Below are positions 1 through 9,016 of a DNA stretch of 64,000 nucleotides, in pieces. The notes under the pieces are model-generated. The model was given only the letters and a program-made list of their open reading frames with translations. It was not told the origin of the DNA and did not search any database. The position numbers and the translations under genes were made by a program. The stretch is taken from IMG/VR virus record IMGVR_UViG_3300029570_000316; one strand, given 5' to 3'. Position 1 is the first letter of the stretch. Each line of letters begins with the position of its first letter. This DNA comes from a virus. Taxonomy: Duplodnaviria > Heunggongvirae > Uroviricota > Caudoviricetes.

Positions 1-372
1 TTAAAGCAATCGCAACTCTTGTTTAATACCAAGCTTTTTTGACTCTTTATTAAAGAATTCTACTTTACGTTTTACTTTATCTTTAAACTTCTCGAACAAT
101 GCAATTAAAGCCTCTTGCTCGGTATCAAAAAGCTCTTCTTCTCTAATTGTATGCTGTTTAGTTCGTTCACGATAGTCGGGCTTATATTTGTAATCTATCC
201 ACCAGCCAGAAGGGTTAAGCTCATTTCCCTCGAACCAAGATACGTTGCAGCATCCCTTTACTATACAGCGTTGTGGGGCTTCAAACCATTCATCAATATA
301 CCAAGCAATATCACCATTCCTATATTTTGGAATGGGTCTTTCCTCTTTATTTGTATATTTATATTCTCCCAT
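1..372 (-). CDS. hypothetical protein
   Basis: Complete minus-strand ORF (123 aa, TAA stop at window start) in a co-oriented gene array; no recognised motif. Confidence 0.45.
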   Translation of the reverse strand: MGEYKYTNKEERPIPKYRNGDIAWYIDEWFEAPQRCIVKGCCNVSWFEGNELNPSGWWIDYKYKPDYRERTKQHTIREEELFDTEQEALIALFEKFKDKVKRKVEFFNKESKKLGIKQELRLL

Positions 373-376
373 ATTG

Positions 377-616
377 TTAATGTTTTACAATTTCCAAATA
401 CTTCAACTTTGCGAATCGGTATGAATTGTATATTTTTACATACGTACATACTCTTGGAGTAAAGGTAGAAATACAACCATCAAAGTTATCAAATCCTAAG
501 ATGATATATTTCTTATCAAGATACCCTGCCACATATGCGCCAATATCCTTGCCTTTAAAAAGAACTCGCTCACCTATATGAGCCTTACAAAATTCCTCGT
601 TTGTCATAACCGCCAT
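377..616 (-). CDS. hypothetical protein
   Basis: 79-aa minus ORF abutting neighbours. Confidence 0.4.
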   Translation of the reverse strand: MAVMTNEEFCKAHIGERVLFKGKDIGAYVAGYLDKKYIILGFDNFDGCISTFTPRVCTYVKIYNSYRFAKLKYLEIVKH

Positions 617-617
617 A

Positions 618-1028
618 CTATTTTAGTTCATCAAAATCAAGCCACTCTATCTTATCGTAGCACTCGTACAGAACTTCTATACGCTGCGTTCCGTCTCCTC
701 TAGTGACAATCCATACATCATCACTCATTGCTCCATAGTGAAGAGCCGTAGGATTTACGCCACCTCCACTATATCGGAACATCACCCACTTTCTTAATGG
801 AGGCTTATCTTCCTTTAGGTCGTGCCATAATGATGCAGCATTCACGTAAGGAACGTTTTCTGTGTTACAATCAGTAACACCAATCTTTTCTGTACTGAAC
901 GTTACCCCGTTCAGTTCATTGTAATCTACCTCATCTTCATTGCTACAGATATTGAGATAAATCTTCTTAGGTAAATTCTTTATTTTCATATCCCTTAAAC
1001 TTAATTTATGAATATTTACCAATTCCAA
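618..1028 (-). CDS. hypothetical protein
   Basis: 136-aa minus ORF; ends TAG. Confidence 0.45.
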   Translation of the reverse strand: MELVNIHKLSLRDMKIKNLPKKIYLNICSNEDEVDYNELNGVTFSTEKIGVTDCNTENVPYVNAASLWHDLKEDKPPLRKWVMFRYSGGGVNPTALHYGAMSDDVWIVTRGDGTQRIEVLYECYDKIEWLDFDELK

Positions 1029-1231
1029 ATGTCAGCGTATCTTTCATCTGGTGGTGTTTTAATCTTTGGGAATATAGGAGTATTGCTGATAACACGATGG
1101 TCGCAACTTCCTGTACTTCCACTAGTAAGTGGCTCTCCGTTACAGACTAATCTATATTTACATTCATCACATTGTATGTAATTCATATCACTTGAATTTA
1201 ATGATAAAAAACTCGGTATCAAGCCACTCAT
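1016..1231 (-). CDS. hypothetical small Cys-rich protein
   Basis: 71 aa with CxxC...C pattern (CDECKYRLVC); small overlap with neighbours. Confidence 0.35.
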   Translation of the reverse strand: MSGLIPSFLSLNSSDMNYIQCDECKYRLVCNGEPLTSGSTGSCDHRVISNTPIFPKIKTPPDERYADIWNW

Positions 1232-1577
1232 CGGAACACCAACCTTTCTTTGGCTTACCGATGGTGATGCTCTCTATCTCCTTCTCAATTCGTGGGCTAT
1301 CCTTTCGGTAGCCGTTGATGAAGAGAACGTGGGTGAATGGGACGAACCTAGCGGTTTTCTTTTCAAGCAACTCTTTGAGTTTGGAATTACTTATAAGCAT
1401 ATCAAATTCTGGGTGTATTGTAACCTTGCGATATTTGTCAGAGCCTTCGTATTTTGCTTCGACTAACCGGTTTATCCAATACGCCTTAATTTCACGATAC
1501 TCCTCGTTTTTTTCGCCAGCAACAATCATGCGATACCATTGCTTGTTAATGGTGAGGGTCAATATTTTCTTTTTCAT
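1188..1577 (-). CDS. hypothetical protein
   Basis: 129-aa minus ORF. Confidence 0.45.
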   Translation of the reverse strand: MKKKILTLTINKQWYRMIVAGEKNEEYREIKAYWINRLVEAKYEGSDKYRKVTIHPEFDMLISNSKLKELLEKKTARFVPFTHVLFINGYRKDSPRIEKEIESITIGKPKKGWCSDEWLDTEFFIIKFK

Positions 1578-1579
1578 CC

Positions 1580-1795
1580 TTACACCTCCTCCCAGTCTGT
1601 TGCGAGAATAGTCTCAGGAAGTAACCATAAAACTGGTGCAGCTCTTCCTACGCTATTATACATTAATGCCTCTGAACCAAGATAGTTCTTATCAATGTAT
1701 GCGTATGTGCCGTCCGCAAAAATCTTACGTCTCACTTTCTTCCCCTCCTTCATTCTTCTCAGAGCCTCCGAGAAGTCAAATGTTTCCTTGCTCAT
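1580..1795 (-). CDS. hypothetical protein
   Basis: 71-aa minus ORF; stop overlaps the rtcB stop region. Confidence 0.4.
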   Translation of the reverse strand: MSKETFDFSEALRRMKEGKKVRRKIFADGTYAYIDKNYLGSEALMYNSVGRAAPVLWLLPETILATDWEEV

Positions 1796-3000
1796 TATAA
1801 TTTTGCTTTAAAGTTGTAAATTGGTTTAATAACATCTATCACATCAACCGTAGGTTTTATTAGCTCAACAATCTCTTCTGTTGATTTATATGCCATAGGT
1901 GCTTCGTCAATCGTCTCTTCGCATACAGAACTAGAATAGATGCCATTCATTTCATTCTTGTAAGAATCCATAGATAACTCTTTCTTCGCTTGCGTACGAG
2001 ACATCAATCTACCTGCTCCATGTGGGGCTGAGCATAACCATTCCTTGTTTCCTTTTCCCTTGCAGATAAGAGAACCATCACGCATATTCATTGGGATAAT
2101 GACTACCTCATCCTTTTTTGCACTGATAGCTCCCTTTCGCAATATACCCTTGTCTGTATCTATATAGTTGTGAATGGTTGTAAAAGAATACTTATCTGAA
2201 TTAGCATCAATATCTACACCTAAAGCATTTACAAGTCTGTTGGCGATAATCATTCTGTTTCGTTCAGCATATTTTTGAACTATGCGCATATCATTGAGGT
2301 AGTCATTGAGCAAATCACCTTCCAAGTAAGAAAGTTCCTTGCTTATATTTTTAGTACCTAATGACTTAATAACACTCTGTATCTCATTTTCTCTGCCTTC
2401 GCTTTTTAGCTTGGCAATAACCTCAGACTTATCAGCTATTTTCTTACGGCAATACTCGTAGGCAAGTTTTTGGTAATAGTTGCATACCCTAACACCAAGG
2501 TTTCTACTTCCTGTATGTATCACAAGAAACTTCTCTCCTTCTTCATTTGCATCTAACTCAATAAAGTGATTGCCACCGCCAAGACTTCCAACAGAACGAT
2601 ATACTATTTCCATGCTGTCAAGACAATCCCAAGCACGGAATTTGCCAAACATACAACCATCAACCAATCCGTTTATGCAGGCTGATACTTCTCCCTCGTT
2701 GACATTAAAACCAGACGGAATCAACTTATTGACTGCTTCATCAAATTTCTGCAAGTCAATATCAACTTTACCAAGTCTTACGACTTTCATGCCGCAGCCT
2801 ATATCTACTCCAACAGTGTTAGGAACTACTCTGTTATCAAGCTCTATTACCGTGCCAATAGTGCATCCTTTACCTGCATGGCAATCTGGCATTATTCTTA
2901 TTTTACAACTATTGTAAGCCTCGCTATTAGATAGGGTTTCTATCTGTTTGATAGCTTCATCTTCTATTGTCTTTGCGAAAATCTTTGTAAACTCATTCAT
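1795..3000 (-). CDS. rtcB: RtcB-family RNA 3'-phosphate/5'-OH ligase
   Basis: 401 aa; RtcB signature motifs seen in translation: CHAGKG, GGGNHFIE, SAPHGAGR. Confidence 0.85.
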   Translation of the reverse strand: MNEFTKIFAKTIEDEAIKQIETLSNSEAYNSCKIRIMPDCHAGKGCTIGTVIELDNRVVPNTVGVDIGCGMKVVRLGKVDIDLQKFDEAVNKLIPSGFNVNEGEVSACINGLVDGCMFGKFRAWDCLDSMEIVYRSVGSLGGGNHFIELDANEEGEKFLVIHTGSRNLGVRVCNYYQKLAYEYCRKKIADKSEVIAKLKSEGRENEIQSVIKSLGTKNISKELSYLEGDLLNDYLNDMRIVQKYAERNRMIIANRLVNALGVDIDANSDKYSFTTIHNYIDTDKGILRKGAISAKKDEVVIIPMNMRDGSLICKGKGNKEWLCSAPHGAGRLMSRTQAKKELSMDSYKNEMNGIYSSSVCEETIDEAPMAYKSTEEIVELIKPTVDVIDVIKPIYNFKAKL

Positions 3001-3173
3001 ATCTCATTTCTTTTTATTTGTTAAACTTATCGCCTTGGTGATGCGGTGGTCTTTTTTACCAACAAAACCATAGCATATTTTGTACTCAAAATCTCTTAAT
3101 CTTCTGTACCAATAATCACTTGCCGTACTTAGATGACGAGCTTGCTTCATTATCTTCTTAGCTAATCTAATCT

Positions 3174-3467
3174 TCATACACCAACTAACTTTCCAATCAA
3201 ACGATGTTCGTGCTTATCGAAAGTAATTCCATACTTGAACATTTCTTCAAAAAGCATAAGACGCTCCTCGTTGGTAGCCAACCGAGTAGATTTCTTTTTA
3301 TCCTCGGTCATTGTGAAATGAGAGCCTACCATTAAATTCTTATATTCCTTATGGAGATAAAGATAACAGAACAGATTATGATATTCTGGTTTCCAACACT
3401 TACATAACACAATCCAATTATTATTTATCACAACTATATTGCCTTCAGCAACAATATCTTCAAACAT
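3174..3467 (-). CDS. hypothetical protein
   Basis: 97-aa minus ORF. Confidence 0.4.
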   Translation of the reverse strand: MFEDIVAEGNIVVINNNWIVLCKCWKPEYHNLFCYLYLHKEYKNLMVGSHFTMTEDKKKSTRLATNEERLMLFEEMFKYGITFDKHEHRLIGKLVGV

Positions 3468-3482
3468 ATTATTTTCTATACG

Positions 3483-3716
3483 CTACTTCTTTTTACGACA
3501 AGGGCAACTCTCAGCGTGGATAACGCAAACACCATGTTTCGTGTCCACAACCAGATAATCGTGTCCTTCCTCTGTGAATACTGACATACCAATCTTCTTT
3601 GCAGGTTCATTGCTATTAGCCAAAGAGCGAATGCCCTCAAAAATCAATGCTCCTACAAACAAACACAAGACAAACCAAACGGCTGACTTAATTAAGTTTA
3701 AAATCTTATTCTTCAT
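3483..3716 (-). CDS. small membrane protein
   Basis: 77 aa; N-terminal hydrophobic helix (VWFVLCLFVGALIF); stop-start junction TAGCGTATG. Confidence 0.4.
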   Translation of the reverse strand: MKNKILNLIKSAVWFVLCLFVGALIFEGIRSLANSNEPAKKIGMSVFTEEGHDYLVVDTKHGVCVIHAESCPCRKKK

Positions 3717-3722
3717 ACGCTA

Positions 3723-3980
3723 CTATTTCTTTCCGTAATACTTCTCTGATAAGCCGTTGAATCGCTCATAGTTCGGCAACTTGGGAGAGATTTCAAACTT
3801 CATCGTTGTAACATCATATCCTCTATCAGTCATTTCTTTGACAAACTCTTTGGTGAAGACCTTATCGAAAAGATAATGAGCATCTGTTTGAGTCATAAAC
3901 CCTAGAGGATGATAAGCACCAATGCAGTTCTCTTTCTTATCCCAATATGCCGTTAGCTTATCTTTCTTTTTAAGAATCAT
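3723..3980 (-). CDS. hypothetical protein
   Basis: 85 aa; ends in tandem TAG TAG. Confidence 0.4.
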   Translation of the reverse strand: MILKKKDKLTAYWDKKENCIGAYHPLGFMTQTDAHYLFDKVFTKEFVKEMTDRGYDVTTMKFEISPKLPNYERFNGLSEKYYGKK

Positions 3981-3983
3981 ACG

Positions 3984-4352
3984 CTACTTCTTTTTATCGA
4001 ATTTATTACCAACAATTGACCATTCAGAACAGTGAACAATAGCTGTAAAAGAAAAATTAATATTCCCAGTAACATCTGAACATTTAAAACCACATAAAGA
4101 ATCATCCCATTTTACTGTGGCTACCCTTTCAAAGTGTGGGCTACTTATAATATCACCTTCCCAAATCTCATTTCCTTCACAATCTTTCAACCCTGTGAAC
4201 ATACAGACTGTAGAAGGGTCAACGTCAGTTATACCATCTTTTATATGGTCTCCTCCTATACATACCCTATTCCCAAGACGTACTAAATCGCCCTCAAACC
4301 ATTTTCCTGAGTTGAGCTGCTTAGCCTTGAATTTTATGTTTTTTATTTTCAT
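3984..4352 (-). CDS. YopX-like phage protein
   Basis: 122 aa; motif TVCMFTGLKDCEGNEIWEGDII resembles the YopX family core (C.FTGL.D.NG..I.EGDI). Confidence 0.5.
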   Translation of the reverse strand: MKIKNIKFKAKQLNSGKWFEGDLVRLGNRVCIGGDHIKDGITDVDPSTVCMFTGLKDCEGNEIWEGDIISSPHFERVATVKWDDSLCGFKCSDVTGNINFSFTAIVHCSEWSIVGNKFDKKK

Positions 4353-4355
4353 AAG

Positions 4356-4673
4356 CTATTCATATAAAATTGTTATTCTTTTACTTTTATCTACCTTCAA
4401 TATAGCTTCTTCTGCTTTATCAATCGAAGAAAACAAATAGTCTGGGCAAAGGTTATATGCACCATAATCCCAATAATGGATAAGTCCAAATAACAATGAA
4501 TGTCTCTTATCTACACGATAAGCAAGGATTGGATTATCCTGAGAATCGTAATGTATGCCTCTAACAGCCTTGCTTTTACGATACATATCTACTATTCTAT
4601 ATGTTGCCATAACTATTTTTTCTTTAAAGGTATACACTCCATTAATGACCTCACCCCATCGCACACAGGACAA
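4356..4673 (-). CDS. hypothetical protein
   Basis: 105-aa minus ORF. Confidence 0.4.
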   Translation of the reverse strand: MSCVRWGEVINGVYTFKEKIVMATYRIVDMYRKSKAVRGIHYDSQDNPILAYRVDKRHSLLFGLIHYWDYGAYNLCPDYLFSSIDKAEEAILKVDKSKRITILYE

Positions 4674-4822
4674 TAGTGTTTACCATCAATCATCTTCCAG
4701 TTTGAGAAGTCTTCAATATCAGTACTTTTGTCGTGGAATAGTGCAGAGCAAGTATCTGTACCGCCAAATACTTCTCCGCATCTATCGCAAACAATCTGAT
4801 ACATTGTAATCGGTCTATACAT
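4613..4822 (-). CDS. zinc-ribbon protein
   Basis: 69 aa with CDRCGEVF...CPVCDG (two CxxC pairs). Confidence 0.4.
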   Translation of the reverse strand: MYRPITMYQIVCDRCGEVFGGTDTCSALFHDKSTDIEDFSNWKMIDGKHYCPVCDGVRSLMECIPLKKK

Positions 4823-5078
4823 AAGCTATTTCTCCTTTCCGTATAAAAGTTCAACACTCTTTCTTAGCACTGCCTCTATATGGTCTCTTTCGAGGTCTCT
4901 AGGCTGTCTAAGAAGCCATTCTATATCTCCGTCTATCAATTCTTGATAGGCTTCCTTACATATTTGCATGCTCATATTTATCTCTTCCAATATTTACCAA
5001 TTAAATAACCGATAACTCCACCCATAAAAGCTACATATAGAACAGCTAGGGTAAGCACAATATAGAATCCAAACATAA

Positions 5079-5498
5079 CTATTCAAGTTTTACACCGAAG
5101 GGAGTTCCGTCGGCAAAGGTGAACCATTCAAAAGCCATTTCAAAATCAAGACGCTCAACATCTGTTTCGATTCCGTCTGTCTTTATTCTTTGAATAATGA
5201 GGTAAACGTCCTTACTGCTTTCTATGACCTTGTATTTAATGAACGGCTCATGTTTTCTTATTTCTTGCCAGCATTCTTCTTCGGTGTTGAATGGTCGGAA
5301 CTTTGCTTTGCTTTGTTGTTTGATGCGATACTCGATATTGTCCCAATACCCAATCTCTTTTATTTCCGTCCAATCATTCATACCTTGCCAGTTTTTGCTT
5401 AATGCACTTGGTTTAATTCTACATTCAATTGCCTTTCCTTCTGCAAAAGCTTGCAAGAAAGGATAAAATTCTTTAGCTTGATTTCTGTCCATAATCAA
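5079..5498 (-). CDS. hypothetical protein
   Basis: 139-aa minus ORF. Confidence 0.45.
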   Translation of the reverse strand: MIMDRNQAKEFYPFLQAFAEGKAIECRIKPSALSKNWQGMNDWTEIKEIGYWDNIEYRIKQQSKAKFRPFNTEEECWQEIRKHEPFIKYKVIESSKDVYLIIQRIKTDGIETDVERLDFEMAFEWFTFADGTPFGVKLE

Positions 5499-5842
5499 TC
5501 CTCCAACTCTATGTTATTTTCAGCTGCGTAGCCGTCTTGTGCCTCTTCACAATAACACCCTTCACAAAGCCAGTCTATACCAAGGTTATGTCCTGGAATG
5601 ATGTTCTTATTGCAATACTCACAGACAGCATCGCAAAGTTCATTTTGTAATTCTTCTCTTGTCATAATACATTCTTTTTTGTTTTGGCATAACTTTTTCT
5701 GTAAATTTAATGGCGATATTGCCAGATTTTTAAATGTACATTTAAGTTATGGTTAAAAAAGTTACTGTTGAAATCTGCCGTAGAGCAGACAATGGGCAAA
5801 TCTGTACTCGTAATTATGCAGATAAGCACCCAAAGACAACTG

Positions 5843-6244
5843 TTATTGAACATCGTCAGCGCAAGACGAAGTAAGAATCTCCTCAATCTTTGAGGTAATG
5901 TAACCAATAAGATAGGCGTATGCTTCTTCATTTTCAGAACAAGGAGGTACGTCTATCTTATTCATTATCTCACAAGCAACGTGGTAAATCTCATGCGCCA
6001 AAGTACCCTTATCTTTGTTAGTCTTAGGGACATTTGGCATCCATAAGATAATATTCCCTGTACTAAGAAGAATTGTTCTTCCAAGGATATTGCTATTAAT
6101 ATTCATTCCTCCAAGAATAGATAGAGCATCTTCTAAACCAAATCTTGAAATCAATTCCTCCTTTAGATAGTCGTAACTTCCAAAGTGAACCATAATGTCG
6201 GTATTGTATATGCCAATATTTATTATTTTGTTTACCTTATCCAT
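5843..6244 (-). CDS. HExxH-motif putative Zn-metallopeptidase (paralog of 11708..12103)
   Basis: 133 aa; LAHEIYHVACE (HExxH) plus downstream EEAYAYLIGYI, both shared with the 11708..12103 product. Confidence 0.4.
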   Translation of the reverse strand: MDKVNKIINIGIYNTDIMVHFGSYDYLKEELISRFGLEDALSILGGMNINSNILGRTILLSTGNIILWMPNVPKTNKDKGTLAHEIYHVACEIMNKIDVPPCSENEEAYAYLIGYITSKIEEILTSSCADDVQ

Positions 6245-6290
6245 ATTCTCTTCTTTTTACCCTCTCCCTTTTACAGGAGAGGGTGGTTAG

Positions 6291-6779
6291 TTAATCTTTT
6301 TTCGGCTTAATACCCCATGCAATGCATCCAAACCTAATGTCTGTATCAATGTTTGAACCATCAAAAACTCTCTCTTCTCCACCAATAGAAGTTAGGGTAA
6401 TACCTATAGGCAATGAAGGATAGAGATATAGCGGAATCAAATGAAGTCCAAGAGTATTTTTCTCGTTGGCAACCTTCTTATCAAACTCCTCCTTTGTAAG
6501 GTGTCCCTTGTCTAATGCAGATTGTAAACAAGAAATTTCTTCCTTAATATCTTCTTCGGATTGCCAACTTCCAAAATGTAAAGCCTTACACTGACTTTCC
6601 GTAAGAGCATTCCAATCAATGTCTTTCTTAAATTGTTCTTGAACTTTTTTCCAAGCATCATTGATACTTTCCTTTTTAAATTCTTCGTCCCACTTTTTAT
6701 ATACTTGGGTACACGCAATTTGATTTGCGAGCCATTTCAAAGTATTATTAACTTTGTTTTCTAATGAAATTTGTTCCAT
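6291..6779 (-). CDS. hypothetical protein
   Basis: 162 aa; followed by an 8-bp GC hairpin at 6259-6290. Confidence 0.45.
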   Translation of the reverse strand: MEQISLENKVNNTLKWLANQIACTQVYKKWDEEFKKESINDAWKKVQEQFKKDIDWNALTESQCKALHFGSWQSEEDIKEEISCLQSALDKGHLTKEEFDKKVANEKNTLGLHLIPLYLYPSLPIGITLTSIGGEERVFDGSNIDTDIRFGCIAWGIKPKKD

Positions 6780-6812
6780 ATTACTTATATTTATGTCCTA
6801 TAAGGACGGTTA

Positions 6813-7433
6813 TTACTCTGTTACTTTCTTTATGCTTTCTGAAAATATTTTGAGCCACTGAGTATCCTTTTCGGCAGCAACTACAGATTTATTATACTGC
6901 TCCAAATTATACTTCATAGACTCTATTAAATCAGTGCGATTAGATTGTTTTTGAATCCACTCATCTTTAGGGATGATATTCTCCACATAAACATGGCGGC
7001 AATCAAAATCTAAACTATCAATTAATTGACTTTCCATAAAGTCCTTAACACCTTCGTATTCTTTGGATGGTGGAGTCCATCTTCTAACTTTGGATAGCAT
7101 TGCATTGTATCTGTTTTTGAGAGCTTCATTCTTTTTAACTCTATCCTCATTATCCTTGATTATACCATTAACATAAGAAAGATACTCAGCTTCAAGTTCT
7201 TCCTTTGTCTTAGGGGATGCAAGATGCTTTTCGTACTCAGCTTTTGCCTCTTCGTATTTCTTTTTATAATAATCACTAGGACATATCTTGTCAGGAATTT
7301 CGTATCTACTAAGGTTAGGATATTTTCCTTCAAATCTTAGGTAGATACCGAAGTTACGCAAGCAACTATTTGCAAATTGCTCAAATGTTATATCTTCACC
7401 ATCATATATTGGTGCTGTAAATGTTGTTGGCAT
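6813..7433 (-). CDS. hypothetical protein
   Basis: 206-aa minus ORF. Confidence 0.5.
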   Translation of the reverse strand: MPTTFTAPIYDGEDITFEQFANSCLRNFGIYLRFEGKYPNLSRYEIPDKICPSDYYKKKYEEAKAEYEKHLASPKTKEELEAEYLSYVNGIIKDNEDRVKKNEALKNRYNAMLSKVRRWTPPSKEYEGVKDFMESQLIDSLDFDCRHVYVENIIPKDEWIQKQSNRTDLIESMKYNLEQYNKSVVAAEKDTQWLKIFSESIKKVTE

Positions 7434-7628
7434 ATCACTATCTATTTATATCCTTACGGATGGTTAGTTACTCTACTTCTACTGACTTCCAGTCTGGATA
7501 GCCGCCCAAGTCCTTTTCTTTTCCACAATTCATTTCAAGCCAGTCTTGCAGGCAATCCTTAACTACTTCTCTGTCCTCTGAATCATCATTAGATTCAATG
7601 ACAACCGTAAACTTATGTTTCATACGCT

Positions 7629-7859
7629 TTACTTTTCACGATGATTAAACTTTTTGATGGCATCTTTCTTTGAAGCTGCCATAATCTTAACACCCTTTAT
7701 TGTAAACTCATGCTGAGCATTTGGCTGACACTTCTGCTTATCGGATGGAATGTTGCCTTTCGGAATAGCTAATGGTGTATCTCCAAAGCATGCAGGTAAA
7801 TCGCCTATCAGATAGTCCAATTCAGTTTGTATGCCAATCATTGATAATAATCCATTCAT
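7629..7859 (-). CDS. hypothetical protein
   Basis: 76 aa; start preceded by the conserved AGCGTATG context. Confidence 0.4.
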   Translation of the reverse strand: MNGLLSMIGIQTELDYLIGDLPACFGDTPLAIPKGNIPSDKQKCQPNAQHEFTIKGVKIMAASKKDAIKKFNHREK

Positions 7860-8021
7860 ACGCCTAGTCTTTTATATATTCATTTACTTCACCCAAAACC
7901 TTTGTTAGCAGGTTCTTTAGAATCTTCAATTCATCATTTGGATATCTATTTATGGGATAACCATCAAGAGTAGTATCACCAAAGAAACTACGACTTATCT
8001 TTAATGAGTGTTTGTTCTTCT

Positions 8022-8348
8022 TCATTTTTCTTTGCCTTTTACAATATTGTACACTTGTTTTAACTCATCTGTTGATAAGCGTTTGAAATCGAAAGAACTG
8101 ATAGCGTAGATGAGATTCTTACGAAGAACCTCTTCTTTAACATCTGATATTTCCTTTTCTGTAGGAACAGATATTCTTCTAACATTCCATCTATCACTAC
8201 CGAATTGCCAGCCAGAATCTCTTCTGAATCTAGCGTTATTAACAATAATTTGAGTCTTTGTCACTTTATCAACCTTGGCGATATGTCTATAAGACATAAC
8301 TGTAACTAGTACATCATCACCAACAACCAAATCTTTAAGCTCTTTCAT
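8022..8348 (-). CDS. hypothetical protein
   Basis: 108-aa minus ORF. Confidence 0.4.
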   Translation of the reverse strand: MKELKDLVVGDDVLVTVMSYRHIAKVDKVTKTQIIVNNARFRRDSGWQFGSDRWNVRRISVPTEKEISDVKEEVLRKNLIYAISSFDFKRLSTDELKQVYNIVKGKEK

Positions 8349-8752
8349 TACTCACCTCCTTTCGTAATCAAGTCAAACAACTCATCTACGAATATCCAAT
8401 CAGACAATTTGAATATATTGACTTGCTCTTCCCACATTTCTTGATATGTATTGCAAGTGGTTTTATCAAGCTCATCGTTCATATCGTAGAGCTTTCTATT
8501 ACCGCATTCTTTTGAGAATGCAAGAACCTTTCCGTTGTCATTACGTGGGACTTCGCTAGCAGGGTGAAACAATCCCTTCAATAGCTCATTGATAGACCAC
8601 TTAGCACCTAGTCCAATGGCTTCTTTGATGTCCTCTTTGTAGAACATTTCTTCCTTTTCATCATTGTTGAAGACTATCTCTTCGCCATTTAACAGAAATC
8701 TATCTTCATAGATTTCTTCCTTGGCAGCTTCTTTTTTCTTATCGTCTATCAT
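8348..8752 (-). CDS. hypothetical protein (weak paralog of 52649..53080)
   Basis: 134 aa; shares the N-terminal MIDDKK.KEAA and a C-terminal DELFDLITKGGE-like ending with the 52.6 kb gene. Confidence 0.45.
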   Translation of the reverse strand: MIDDKKKEAAKEEIYEDRFLLNGEEIVFNNDEKEEMFYKEDIKEAIGLGAKWSINELLKGLFHPASEVPRNDNGKVLAFSKECGNRKLYDMNDELDKTTCNTYQEMWEEQVNIFKLSDWIFVDELFDLITKGGE

Positions 8753-8755
8753 AAC

Positions 8756-9016
8756 TTACTTCTCCTTTAAACGTTCTATTAATTTATCTGCGATTTTGAT
8801 GGCAGAATTAACAACACTGTCATACATAGAGTTAGGACGTTGTACAAGACCTGATGCAACATCTTTTGCTATCTCATATCTTCTCTGCTCCCAAATGTTT
8901 TCTTCGTTATCATTATTCTGGGTAAAGCTTGAACAAAGTATTACATCCTCCTCATTTTGATTGGGTCTTTTGCTACAAAAAAAATATCTGGAGCAGTAAC
9001 TACATAAACCTTTCAT
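8756..9016 (-). CDS. hypothetical protein
   Basis: 86-aa minus ORF. Confidence 0.4.
   Translation of the reverse strand: MKGLCSYCSRYFFCSKRPNQNEEDVILCSSFTQNNDNEENIWEQRRYEIAKDVASGLVQRPNSMYDSVVNSAIKIADKLIERLKEK

Noticed and set aside
2570-2917. Plus-strand ORFs inside the minus-strand gene block (e.g. 2570..2917, 22105..22527, 22947..23450, 24525..25166, 35430..35837, 36761..37165, 46589..46747 extension)
   Set aside because: These are antisense to long, motif-supported minus-strand genes, have low-complexity translations, and do not fit the tight minus-strand gene tiling. They are treated as spurious.
6259-6290. GC hairpin CCCTCTCC…GGAGAGGG downstream of 6291..6779 as a rho-independent terminator
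   Set aside because: In the minus-strand (transcribed) orientation the stem is followed by an A-rich, not U-rich, tract. A U-rich tract follows only in the plus orientation, where no gene ends. It is left unannotated as a terminator.
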